A stretch of 64,000 bases of DNA from Octopus vulgaris (Eukaryota), in the NCBI GenBank assembly GCA_951406725.2, contig OX597823.1:113646001-113710000 (forward strand), written 5' to 3'. This document shows positions 42,001 through 55,821 of the stretch, piece after piece. Under the pieces are notes generated by a model, which was given only the letters and a program-made list of their open reading frames with translations, made no database searches and was not told where the DNA came from. Each line of letters opens with the position of its first letter. Position 1 is the first letter of the stretch. Position numbers and translations under genes: made by a program.

Positions 42001-42405
42001 CACTTTCCATTTCTAGCTGGTAGAGAAAGATTTTTATTCTCCATTCCATTAAGTTCTACCTCTAATATATCTGATATCATATGTAGTATAAATAATAAAA
42101 GATTTTACCATCTGCCTTATGTTAGAACTGGCAGTCCTGGTGCAAAATGTATCAATCAGCAACATGTAAAATCATTGTCATCTGGAGTAGTGAGCGGTAC
42201 TCTGAATGTTGACATTAAGTTTAATTAACACCCAGACGTACACAAAAGGCGCAATTATACTTCGAAGTACGTAAACAGTAATATTCTTAATAGGAATGGT
42301 GATAGTGTTTCTAACAATAAAATCACTTACCTTGACAACCCAGTAGATGGTGATACAAGGGGCGCCTCCAAATTTAGCAGAAGTAGCAATAGCTTAATAA
42401 TCTGA
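42001..42405 (+). pseudogene. Putative viral fibre-like repeat protein remnant
   Basis: One frame, one stop: NNKRFYHLP...CINQQHV / SGVVSGTLNVDIKFN*HP...TSKYVN / NGDSVSNNKITYLDNPVDGDTRGASKF, three NKI.NL..P...AATK.YV-type repeats. Confidence 0.55.
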
Positions 42406-43671
42406 ATCGCACACGCCATAGATTCAGATATTGGCGTTGTAACTGTAAATCTCCATATTCCTGTCCATCAGATAATAAATGTCTAATGACAAACGTTTTC
42501 TGTCAATGTTTAGGTGCTGCTAACGTTTAGATGCGTTTGCACAGGTGTGGCAAGTATTGAATTTTAGTAGCAATTACATAATCACAATTTTACATTAAGC
42601 TCTGCGGCTACGGCTAGCAGTACAATGTTAACTGAAATAATTTGGAAATCGGAGATTTGGTAGCATACCGTGTTAGATGGTCGAACGTTCAACTTACGGA
42701 AGCTAAGAGCAATTGAAATAAGTGCTCATTAGCTACAGCAGGACATTTGTCGATTATGGCCAGTAAGGACATAATTATTGATCGATTTGATGAACTGGTA
42801 ATGATATGTAAATATAAATTAAGTAACACCTGCGCCGATAAAAATCTCAAATCTTCTTATGAAGCTGGTTATCCTTCCTACTAGAAAACACTGCGAAGGA
42901 TTTAACTTTCCTTTCTTTCTAGCCGACGATGTTCATATTATCTCTATTTTAAAATATCAAATGTCCTATTGATAATTCCAAACAGGTATTTTTCATATCA
43001 TTAATTAAAGCTTTTATGGACCTCGTACTCTGCATTATACTCTAGACAGGCTGCCAATATGAGACATATAACAAATGTTTTATTTATGTTGTTTAATAAA
43101 TGCGTGTGTATAAATGAATGTGTATATAGTGCTGTAATGTGTATATAGTACCTTTGTTTTATATAATTGGAATGAATTTCTCATTTCTCTATTAGTTTTT
43201 TAGGATAGGAATTCTATGATTCTATGATCTTTTTAACCAATTCTCTTTAAAATAAAATAAGCATTCCTACCTTCAGAAATGTATTATATTGTTAGAAATT
43301 TGGCGAAGCAATAATGGAAAGCAGGAGAATGCAGAAATTTAACGAAGTAGTACTGCAATGCAGAGAATTTCGAAAACAAGCTTAGTCAATATTAACAGTT
43401 TGAAGGAAAGTACTCTGATAGAAAAACTTAAACCGAATGGTTCTTCAATCAGCATATTAAACAAAACAATTGATTAGTTAGCTGGTAAAAGAAAGAAGTG
43501 GTATTGAAACAGTACGAGTGTCTATTTCATTTTTGTTGGCAGACTGACCATCCCTTGACACAAGATTTATTTCAGTATATGAATTCACATCAAGATTGCT
43601 GGAAAAAGAATTCACGCGCGCGCCCACACGCACGTGCACACTTACGCACATACATACACACATACATATAT

Positions 43672-43880
43672 ATTCTTTTTTTGTCTTTTATTTGTATCAG
43701 TAATCTGACTACGGCCATGATCGAGTACAGCCTTTAGCCAAAGAAATCGACCCCAGGACTTATTCTTTGTAGACCTAATTCTTACTCCATCAGTATCTTT
43801 TCCCGAACCGCGTGAGGTCGAGGACGTAAACACACCAAAAGCGGTTATAAAGCGATGGTGGGTGAACAAACTCACACACA
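43672..43880 (-). mobile_element. SINE family A, 3'-half copy
   Basis: tgactacggccatgatcgagtacagcctttag...aaatcgaccccaggacttattctttgt matches 49700-49770. Confidence 0.8.
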
Positions 43881-44229
43881 CACATATATATACATGTATA
43901 TGTGCAGATGTACATGCTCATATCACACGCTCACGTGGTCGCACATGTTGATCCTGTCATTTCTTACCACTACGGACTTCTCCACTGGACTCTTTATCTA
44001 CCCTTTACGGATTCTCGTTTGGATATTTACCCTCCGGCTGCACACCCCCTAAATACGGATCACTGTGGATTCTACACTTGATGAATATATATATATATGC
44101 TTGTATTTATGTGAGATAATAGTTTCATTTTTAATGGTGAAAATATTACAACTGAAATTATGATCTCACCTTAGAATAGAGATGTTATTGTTTTACTTTT
44201 GACACTTAATACTGAAAATAGTATAAGCT

Positions 44230-44503
<274 letters not shown>

Positions 44504-45321
44504 GTATATATATATATGTGTGTGTGTGTATGTGTGCAATCACATGAAGAATGCTAGAAATCAATTACACACACAGAGCTATACATATATATATGTATGT
44601 GTGTATGTGTGTCTGTGGATGACGGCGCGTGCCTGGGTGTGTGCGTGTGTATTATTGCTATTAATACTCGTAGTATTTGTGTGAATGTTGCTAATTTGGG
44701 AATGTTGCATGATAAATAGCGGAAGAAATATCTTAAAGAAAGGAATTTTTGGCCTCTTCACCGCTAGACATACACACATATCTATATGGACATACTGTAT
44801 ACTGTCTAACATTAACACATAAATTCATATACACACGTGTATATATACGTAACTCTTTGCACAATATCTCCTGAAATATACTTCTTAGGACGTTTTGGTC
44901 AACCCAAGTGTACAATGGAAGACGCTTCTCAAAAGATCAGATGCTTTGAATTGGAGCAATAACCACAATGCAAATATGCTTGTCTTCAACACAACTCTAC
45001 TTGTGTCTATTATTTTTCGTATACACTAGAATTCACGCAGGTTGTTGCCTGTCTTATCTTTCGAACGCAAAATCTCTTTCCTGAAAAATATAGAAAATCT
45101 CTTATGCACTATGCCACTGAATCATAATGGGTATGGTTTGTTTTCTGTCATGCTTAATAACTTTAAATCAATACCAATTTTGACAGGATATATGTTGAAA
45201 AACACAAATATATTTTAGTTGTTACTTATAGTGGAATTTTACAGAACTGTATCAGAACCATATAAGATGGAAGCACTGATTCCCTTAAATATGTTACGTA
45301 TTTTAATATCTCAGATATGAT

Positions 45322-45536
45322 TGAGGGCAGCGCGCTGGCAGTATAGTCAGTACATCATGTAATATGCTTAGCGGCATTTCGTCCGTCTCCACGTTCCGAG
45401 TTTGAATTCCGCCGAGGTCAGCCTTGCCTTTCATTCTTTTGGGGTCGATGAAATGAATACTAGTTGAGTACTTGGGTCGATGTGATCGACTAACCCTTGC
45501 TCCAAAATTGCTGGCTTTATACCAAAATTTGAAATC
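45322..45536 (+). mobile_element. SINE family B with perfect 17-bp TSD
   Basis: TSD aatatctcagatatgat at 45305-45321 and 45537-45553; body aligns to 38440-38600. Confidence 0.9.
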
Positions 45537-47599
45537 AATATCTCAGATATGATATGCAAAGTCATATTTAAGAGTACATAAATATATCTTCGTAAAGTAG
45601 ATGTTTATCAATAAACCATATTTTCAAATCCACTATTTAAAAATTTGATTGTTAAACCTATATCTAATTTTATAAAAGTTTGAAAATGAACACTTTTAAG
45701 TAATCGATATTGAATCAATTATCTGTTAAAGATATGTTTCGTCATTATTGTAAATGTTGCACAGGAATTTGAACCGGCATCATTCCTGGGACCAGGTCTA
45801 ATCTTAGGGAAATTTCATGTGCAGGTGCTTTAGAATTCTCCTCTCTGACTAGGTAACATAGTGGCGTCAAGTTGCATTGTTTAGACATAAAGGAGGATTT
45901 GGGCTTTAAAATATTAAGACCTGGTATTTTTCTCACTAAAAATAAACTTTGAATCAATTCACCTATACTATGGCTGCTGATAAGAACTGTGAGAAACATC
46001 TCCCTATGTCACCTATATCTCGCAAGACAGACTGTGCTAGCTATAAAATATACATTAAAACTATTATGTCAATGAAAGCATTGCACAGCCAGAAATTATA
46101 TGTTTTTAACTAGGAATTACAAAGGAAATGACAGTTACATTTTCATAAATAAACCACCAACTAAAAAAGAAATAATGAGAAACCATTCTTATTCAATGAA
46201 TAGTATATGCAAATATTGAATAAAGTTTTCATAATTTTTCCAGTTGAATTATAGTGATTTGTTTCTTTACATGTCGTTAAATATTACAGAATAACCGTAC
46301 AATTCAAAATAACAGCATTCTATATCATAATTATGTTTTTGTTGATTAATTGAAGAATAATAAACTAGTTGTGGCATATTTAAAAACCAGTAAGCTTTTA
46401 ATGATTTAAATTCAAATAAAGAATTACTGACATTCTACTTCAAATTAATGGCAACGGGTAGTAGCTTTCTTCAAAGGTGTATCGATCTGCTTGAAAAGTA
46501 AATATCAGTTGTAAATTCGGAATAATCGATGACTGTATGAATATTTAGGCAGAATTTCCTGGTGATAAGCAGACGTGAGACTAGGTAGCTATTTACGTAT
46601 GAAAAGTTTCTCCAAAATAGAGCGCCATACATCCTTTTAGATTATGTGGGTGGTGGTTATTCATACAACTGGTAGTTTACGTTCAGATTCCTCCCCTTCT
46701 GTTATGAGGCATTGGTTCCGCTTCATACCAAAATACACACCGTCAAAAGTTTCAATGTATCTTTGATCTTTTCCCTCTGCTTAATATCGATCAGCGTTCA
46801 ATGACTCCTTTGTACAATAACTGTACACTATACTCTCAAACATAATGTTATAATTTTTGCCTATTTATTTTGTTTGTTTTCATATTTTTTCCAATTATGG
46901 CCATAAACCACATACAGACACATTCGCGCACATACAAAGGAACACATTCTCACTCACTCACTCATATCGTATATATCATATTTATTAATATAAAGCTATT
47001 TTGAAAACTGTTATATATATATATTGAGAGATAGGTAGATAGATATGTATACGTATATTTTCACATATTTATTCATATACACGTGCGCATAAAGGAACAT
47101 TTGAGTCGAAGTAACAAATTTGGCATCTCATATGCTGCATCGTAGAGACGTAGAATTTTAGGAGATTAAACGGCAAGTAATATATCACGCAACACTTTTA
47201 GAGTAGTATTTGTTCAACTGTAGCCTTAGGCATTTTACTCCCTTCAGGTGGTGGCCGAGAAGCATGTAATTTATGTTAACACAACACCAGTGGGTAAACG
47301 ATTTCTACCTAATGTCACAAATCAAAGCGTAGAGATCACACAGGTAAACTGTACACTCATATGTTTAGGAGATAGCTGAACCGCAAAGTTAGAAGCAATT
47401 CGTTATGATAGAAATGCAGAAATATAGTCAATGTTCAGTGTACTCCGAGTATGATAACACAACGAAGAGGTTAGCTATACCGAATTAGTAACACCCTGGG
47501 TTAACGATGATACTGGCATTATTTCTCGTACAGGGGCATATGCCAGACTTTTTCTATCACATTAAAAGTTTGCAGCAGTAAAAACAGCACAGTTTCAGT

Positions 47600-48540
47600 C
47601 AAGGAACTACGGTCATTGAGCTACACTTTAAAACTAAAATGAACTCACGCATAATGAGGAGATGTGCATATGATATTTCGTTGGGATCCATAAAAATTAA
47701 CTTAAGAAAACTGGAAAATGCAAACCGAAGAAGGTCATGTATGTACTCTAAAGGGAAGAGAATAACAGAGAAGAAAATAGTCACGCAACTAGCGGGGGCT
47801 TGTTCGTTATTGAATCTATAAAGAACACTCACTAGACTAGAATTCTAACAATTGTCAGATTGGGTTAAGGCCATCCGCCTGAATGCAAAATTCTTTAGTA
47901 TCACAGTGGTATAAGCCAAGTCTTTTCACAATACGGTGATGCTCACATTGAAAACCACCAATATTTCAGCATCAAGGTAGCTAACAGTTATATAATAAAA
48001 GTTCAATGTGCCTGGAATGTGGAAGTCACCAGGAGGCATTATTTTATGTAATGATTCAACATTTTCTCTGCGCACTTTACGAAGCACAAATCATTTCATA
48101 TATATCCCTTACTGATCACATCACAACCTCCCATATATAATGGAACAAACTGGTTTTGACAGTATTCATGAGTGCAGATGTAGATAATGACCATGACTTC
48201 GTTATGATAAACTTCCAGTTGGCTTGATATTCGCTTTCAATAAATTCAATAACATAAATATATCTGAAAATTTTCTCGCAGCTTTTGAGTGCAAATTTGC
48301 TCAAATCTTACTCCTCGAAGATTTTGAATACAAGAATGAGATTATAGAAAGAGTAAAGGCAGTTCTGACAAAGAAACATTGCTAATGCAAATTTTCGAAA
48401 CAAGATCCTGAACCTGTGTAATAAAAGGTAATTAAAGAAATATTGGAATATGATGAAGAGAACAAAATATAAATAAAAACTTTGAGAGAGAAATGAAGGA
48501 GCTGAGAAAACGATGTTCTTAATTTTAGTATCTGTTCAGA
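47600..48540 (+). mobile_element. Decayed RTE-type LINE AP-endonuclease region
   Basis: MQTEEGHV, VKAIRLNAKFFSITVV, WNVEV (GDWNAKV-like), ADVDNDHDFVMINFQL (GADI.SDH.LV-like). Confidence 0.7.
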
Positions 48541-48938
48541 AATTAAGAACGAAAGGGGTAAGCTGGCACCATGGAATCTTTATGCAACTGTTGAAATTTT
48601 TCTCTGCCCCTCCATGGAACACTTTCTCTGTATGAGTTTCCTAGAGAAGCTACTTTCTGGTGTTTTAGTCTGACATGCGAATGAACTGCCTAGTCTATGA
48701 ATCCTAGGCCGAAGATTCTGTACCGGCTTTAAATGTTATTTTCGTGAAGTAGGGAGTCAGAAGAAAGTAGACCTACATCCGGTTGCACCTGGTGCAATTT
48801 GGTGATAGTTAAATTGCGTGAAATGTTTCCAATGTTTTGTAGGTGAGTGTCAATGTTTATAAGCATACACACTCACATAAAGATATGAATACACACACAC
48901 TCACACAAACACACACGCACACACACACACACGCGCGC

Positions 48939-48973
<35 letters not shown>

Positions 48974-49021
48974 CATATAAATATACATAGAGAGAGGCAG
49001 AGAGACAGAGAAGCAGAGAGA

Positions 49022-49500
49022 TGTTGCAAATATTGCTTGACCGAGAGGGTAACGATGCTAAAAACTTCGCATGGTCCAGGTGCTTTCTTAAATTCGAATA
49101 GTAAGGTATTTAGTCTGTGCCATCATGATAGCAAATTTGGTTTAGAAACGTGGGGTTCCCGGTTTGCTTTAACTGAATGGAAACCTGACCCTTCTTCGGA
49201 AAGTAGAATTTTTCGAAGGGGGATAACTCCACCTCTCCCACAACGAATTTTCCTTTGGAAAAAATTGATATTTACGTGTCAGTGGAATATTTTTATATAC
49301 TTTACCCTCCACTAGGAAACACATTATGCACCACCAATCACCAGGTTTAATGAATGACCGACATTGATCAGTGAAATAATAGACGTTTTAACAACGGTAC
49401 CATTCTAATCAAGCATAACCGACGACTATAGAGAATATTACAGATTAAAAATATTTACTAGAAATTTAATTTTTATCTTGGACTCATGTACAACTGATTG
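49022..49500 (+). mobile_element. Neptune-type Penelope-like element 3' end
   Basis: CCKYCLTERVTML...FLNSNSKVFSLCHHDSKF matches C.LCL.EK..I...LN.RSE..S.CRH..KF; degenerate hammerhead-like tgaatga..atcagtGAAA near 49350-49376. Confidence 0.7.
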
Positions 49501-49549
49501 ATTTATATATATATTTATATTTATATATATAGCTATACTCCCTAATATC

Positions 49550-49635
<86 letters not shown>

Positions 49636-49654
49636 TATGTGCGTATGTATGTAT

Positions 49655-50081
49655 TACTCTTTTTTTTACTCTTTTTTACTCTTTTTACTTGTTTCAGTCA
49701 TTTGACTGCGGCCATGCTGGAGCACCGCCTTTAGTCGAGCAAATCGACCCCGGGACTTATTCTTTGTAAGCCCAGTACTTATTCTATCGGTCTCTTTTGC
49801 CGAACCGCTAAGTGACGGGGACGTAAACACACCAGCATCGGTTGTCAAGCAATGCTAGGGGAACAAACACAGACACACAAACATATTCACACACACTTAT
49901 ATATATATATACATGTATACGACAGGCTTCTTTCAGTTTCCGTCTACCAATCCACTCACAAGGCATTGATCGGCCCGGGGCTATAGCAGAAGACACGTGC
50001 CCAAGATGCCACGCAGTGGGACTGAACCCGGAACCATGTGGTTGGTTAGCAAGCTACTTACCAAACAGCCACTCCTGCGCC
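49655..50081 (-). mobile_element. SINE family A, full length, least diverged copy
   Basis: Head ggcgcaggagtggctg...gggttcagtccc; internal microsatellite; A-rich (aaaagagta)n tail. Confidence 0.92.
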
Positions 50082-50637
50082 TATATGAATGTATGTATAC
50101 ATATGAATGTATGTATGTATGTATATAAACATATATGCTAGAAGTAAACTATACAAGAGTCATATGTCTATATCTGTTTCTAGCAACATGTAACCTCACT
50201 GCGAAGAATTTGCCCAGATAAATACACTGTCACTACTTATCAGTGTTAAAGCATCGTCTAGCATCGGTAATTTGGAGAACACATTTCGAATAGCAGGTCA
50301 TGAATATTTGATGTATAGAAGCAACGAACGGAATAAAATTAGTGACTGGTGCGCCCCATTGACATAGCATTGCGAACATTAATGGCCTACGATGAAAGAA
50401 TGTTTTCATATTAGATTTGCAATTCGTTAGAACAAAGCAATAAGGCAATATGTAGGTTACAATTTTGAGTGTGACCTATTTATGAACGTTGATTGTGTAT
50501 TTATGCATGCAGGCATGTGTGTGGTTGCATATATAAACACATACATACATAAACACACATATATATATATATACACATATATATATATATATGTGTATAT
50601 ATATATATATGTATATATATATATAGATATATATATA

Positions 50638-50676
<39 letters not shown>

Positions 50677-50702
50677 GTACACACACATATATATATATAT
50701 AT

Positions 50703-50810
50703 TTTATTTTATAGAAGGAGCTTCTACAGGACGAACTGTTTCATTCAGATGAAATCTTCCATCTGAATGAAACGGTTCTAGTCCTGTAGAAGCTCCTTCT
50801 ATAAAATAAA
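50703..50810. repeat. About 108-bp hairpin of two inverted partial hammerheads
   Basis: Arms 50703-50751 and 50760-50810, 8-nt loop; minus strand reads GAAGA-t-ttca-tc-tgaa-t-GAAAC-agttc-GTC-ctgt. Confidence 0.85.
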
Positions 50811-50876
50811 TTACTTTACTCTGCTATGTATTGAGTACCTTATTTACTGTGGTTAACCCCGACTCAACCCGGGACC

Positions 50877-50943
<67 letters not shown>

Positions 50944-50960
50944 TATTTTAGATTGGAAAT

Positions 50961-51003
50961 CCACCTGAAGATTGTCGATCAGGACATGAAACAATTGTAG
51001 TGG
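50961..51003 (+). ncRNA. Minimal type I hammerhead ribozyme motif (PLE type)
   Basis: ccac-CTGAAGA-t-tgtc-gatcag-gaca-t-GAA-ACAATTGT-A-gtgg; palindromic helix III, GUA site at 50997-50999; ATTAAA downstream; flanked by (TA)n. Confidence 0.75.
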
Positions 51004-52367
51004 CGGTTTTTTTACTTTTTATTAAAATTTTATGTATTGATTAAGTCTTTCCTTGTTTGTTTTGCAAAATAGTGGTTTTGTCTCTAATTAACATTATATA
51101 TATATATACATATATATATGTATGTATATGCATGTGTCTATCTATCTATCTCTTTCTCTCTCTCTCTCTCTCTCTGCATACATATATATGTGTGCATATG
51201 TATGTAAATCAAACCGAGCTCTAAGTGTAAGCGATCGAAATACAGCCAGTCATCTCACTCCCATGTTAGAGGACTCCATAGTCTAATGTAAACTTGCTAC
51301 AAATAACTTCAGGAGAAGAGTATTCTGTGTGTGATTTTGCAAATTCTCTGCAGATTTGTATTTTGTATTTTTGGTAGTAATCACTTCAGTCGTGTAATTT
51401 ATTACTTTAGCTGTCTGGCATAAATATCTCTCATTTTTAGATGTTCTTTTTCATCTTTAATTTTTGTCTGTCTTCAAATAACGAAACCTTTAATTGTTCG
51501 AATAAGACCGACATTACTTTCCATTTCGTGTCCGTGTAGATGACCATATGTCTGAGAACGTTCGAGAAGATTAAAATAACGTTAGTATTTTACAAGGTAT
51601 TTTATGCTTAAATCTAATCTACAACCAAGAACGTAAGATGTCTCCAGTAAAATACTGCTGAATTATATTATATGGCACCTAACGTATTCTGCTTCTCCCT
51701 CACCAATCGAGGCAAACAACATAAAGGCAAGTAGTCTACTAAAAAATTTCTAAATAACATTTCAACTTGACATTAAATAGACTTCACAACATTAAAAGAC
51801 ATTTTACCTACAGCGTGCATGTTTGTATTCTTATGCGTATGCAAACATCTACCTATGTCCGTATCTCTGGCTGTATGTGCCTATATTTTTTCCAAGAGTG
51901 TTTAGTTCTAAATATCTAGGTATGCGTGAGTATATGTATGTGTACAACATTCCGTGATTGAAGAGAATTAAGAAAGCTAATATAATATAATAACATTTAT
52001 ATGAATAATCGACTTGGAGAAATAGACAGTATTTTCAAAAGACACATGGACGTATCAAATACGAAAAGAGCTTTAAAAAATGTAGCACGTGACTGGCCAG
52101 ATATATTGATAAAGAGAAAACCATATCTCTGAAGATATACAAAGATATTGACGTGTTTCTTTGATAGTGTAAGTGATAGTAAACATCTGAGAAATAAATA
52201 GGATGTGTGAATTGTAATCAAAAGTATGTATTGATACATATACAATAGTTTCCCACGGGACAAATGTATGTGAATCAATTTCTCCTATATGATGCTAGCT
52301 TATTCAACAGTGTTTATCGTGTGCAGTGTCTACTATAGAATACACTATGTCCATTCTATTTAAATAC

Positions 52368-52435
<68 letters not shown>

Positions 52436-53299
52436 ATATATATATATATATATACATATATGTACAGAGATCTATAGAAATGGCGGTACGCTCACATAAA
52501 CCTGTACACAGACATAAATATATATATATATATATATACACTCACACAAGCACACACGTTTGGTATAAGTAGTTATAGAAAAAAACATAATTGAAAAACA
52601 TCCATGGAACCATAATATTTTAAATGATTTCAATATATTCAAGTAGTTTATAAAAGTAGCTTTAGAAGCAAGTTTTTGTAGTGACATCAATGTTTTGCCG
52701 GTTCCTGGCTTTTTTAGCGTAGTCTAGCAACGCTTGCGAGGAGCAATGCAACTTTTAGTAAATCTCTCCCTATATATATTAGTAAGTTTAGCAAATTGCT
52801 AATGTTATTACGTCCCAGTGTTTAATCAAATGAATAATCTACTCAGGGAGTTGTCGTATGAACTACTTGAGGCAGTGCATTTGAAGGACAGGACTGGTAC
52901 TTCATATCCGACTGGTATTTCAGTAAGTTAGTGTATATTCAATTATACTCACAATATCTGCTCGTTTCGTGGCGGTGTCTCCGTCTTCTCCGTATTCGTT
53001 AATCATGAGGAGGAGTGTCATACACTCAAGTGGTTATTCAAATCAATCCCTGATCCTGAAGAGCTTTTCTTCCTGTCTGCTCGAAATAATTTTAAGCGAA
53101 AATCATCCGTACAGTACGATACCACACCTTAGACTTTGTAGTTTGTCCACAGATGTCATAATTATACTACAGTAAAATACATTTTCACGTGATGCCATAC
53201 CCTCCATCCTTCTACATAACGCTGCGAGAGAGGTCAATATTCCTGTGACAATTCCACATCGTAAACATGCGCAAATTTCTTACCAATTTAGATTGTAGA

Positions 53300-55140
53300 C
53301 ATGACCTTGTATTCTGACACAAAACACATATCTCCTGAGACTCCATTTTCGCTAATCAGAATACAGTATCTACACCAGATTCTCTCAGAAAGGCGATGTT
53401 TGCGTATACATAAAGGCCACACAATCTCTCTCTCCCCCTCTCTCCCTCATCTCCCTCTCCCCCCTCTCCCTCATCTCTCTCACCGAGGATTTAGGAAAGA
53501 CGACTTGCAATTTCTTACGCTCAAAGATTCCCCTTCCTCAAGTAAATTTGCTTCATCTATTGATTTCCTAATTCTACTATTTGATCACGCCTCGATTCGA
53601 GAACATAAACCTCAACTCTTTCCACTTCAATGTTACCGGAATCAGTAACTTCAATGCCCAGAATTCTTCAGTAGATTTCACACTCATCTCACAGCGACAG
53701 ACACAGTGCAGAAGCCGAAAGCTTTGTCTTTCTCACTTCTTAATATCTTTCGGTAACAGTTCGACGTGATGCAACCCAGAACTTGTTCCTATGCACAACA
53801 AGCTCTTACATTCTAGTAGGTTATGCACTAGCATTTTGTAGGATGCTGCAGTATAACCTATTCCAAAGAATGGCGACCCACTTCGATCTCAACAAACTTT
53901 CGTCCCATTACTCCCGTTTCTAACATCTGGATGATAATGGGAGAAGCCATTATCAATGGGGATCTCTATTAGCTCGAATCATATTCACTCCACAGGGAAC
54001 ACCAGTAAGGCTTCGGTAGAGCCAGATCCTCTTGAGACCTATTCTCTTATGTCACTCGACTATGGACTTTCGATTTAGAGAAGTAACGTGAAAGCAATGC
54101 GTTGCTCTAGATATTACCAAATCCTTCTTCCGAGCCCGGCATGCATATTTCCTTTCAAAATGATCTATGTACAGCTTCACCCATCACTCATCTCTTGGAC
54201 CTGTAACTTCTTATCAAATCGCACCATATGTTGACAGAGCTCTTTCCCGCACCTTCTGTCGACTATAAGTCTTTACCTGGATTCTGTTCTATTCCCACCA
54301 CTTTTCATCTATGCTCTAATGATCTGCTTGCGAACACACCAAACAACATCCACTCTTATGTAGATGACATGTACCGTCTTTCCAATCTAAAATTCCCTAA
54401 TTATACATTAACTACTCTCAATATAAATTATTCACGCTAAACTTGCATTGAGTACCAAAACAAAGACTTTCAGAGCATCCAACTGTGAGACAATTCGAGG
54501 TTTGTCTCTTTCAACAGCCATTAAACACAAGTACTCGTTATATCAAAAAAATATTACCACAGCATACTTTGGTCGGCATTCAGTGGGAGGGTCCATATTA
54601 GCCTCTCAAACGCTGATTCACACTATAATGGATGATCTTTTCTGTCAGGAGAACGTTCTCAGCGTAGCTAATACAACATAATATACACTAGAACCTTCTC
54701 ATTAAGATCAAAAGATGCTTCAGTTTCAAAAAGCTGCAAATAATATAAAAACCTTACGAGAGACTATCAATGGCGTACTGCTCCGCATGTGGCAAGACGT
54801 TATTGTGAAGTACCTTGGGTAGAGAAGATCTACTCGACTGACTGCAACGCCATCACTAATGCACAGTCCAGTCTTAGGCCTAAATGATTATCTTTACATA
54901 GTTTTATTTGTCTTATCACTGCTATTTCGACTTTTGCTACTCGGTGCTCGCTATTGTATTTCCAGTCATAAAGCACCACCACCAATACTTTTCTGCCCGT
55001 CTCTAAACCCTTCGTAGGGCTGAAAGCAATTCCCCGCATTAAAATCTATACTCACTCCCCCACAACAGAAACTCACCTCTTGGAATCTTTTGGCTGATCA
55101 TATCTTGCCTAAGCGTGTTGTTCTGCAACAGTTTAAACAG
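53300..55140 (+). mobile_element. Decayed CR1/Jockey-group LINE ORF2
   Basis: PIPKNGDP..NFRPIT, HQ*GFGRARS, VALDITKSF, ND.LANTPNNIHSYVDD (YADD box). Confidence 0.8.
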
Positions 55141-55201
55141 AACGTTAATAGCAGTAATGAAGCCACTCTCAAAAGGGTTGGTTTCACGGGAACTCTCCAT
55201 A

Positions 55202-55246
<45 letters not shown>

Positions 55247-55252
55247 AATACA

Positions 55253-55297
<45 letters not shown>

Positions 55298-55365
55298 GTA
55301 TATATATTTATGTATATATATATGTATATATATATATATATATACATACATATATATATACATAA

Positions 55366-55402
<37 letters not shown>

Positions 55403-55463
55403 CGTACATATATATATATACATAAATATATATACATAAATAATATATACATATATATATATA

Positions 55464-55514
<51 letters not shown>

Positions 55515-55821
55515 TTAATTTGGGTATTAGTGTTGTGGTGTGCTTTAGAAAGCCAGTCAATGAGTATCGCTTTCAGATAGATTTTACACGGGAAATTGAT
55601 TATTTTACTGAAGATACACGTGAAATCAGTCTGTTAAATACAGTTATATATATCTGTATAATTATCAACATGGAGAATGGAGTGTGCAGCACGATTTATT
55701 GCTTTATACGGTTATAATGTCGATTGCTTCATCGACCTTTTACCAAAAGAAATATTGCTGGATTATTATAAATTATATATTGTGTAATATTAGTCTAGCA
55801 ATAATTCTTCTATGAAATTTA

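Noticed and set aside
55604-55640. CTGAAGA...GAAA hammerhead-like string
   Set aside because: Stems II and III do not pair convincingly
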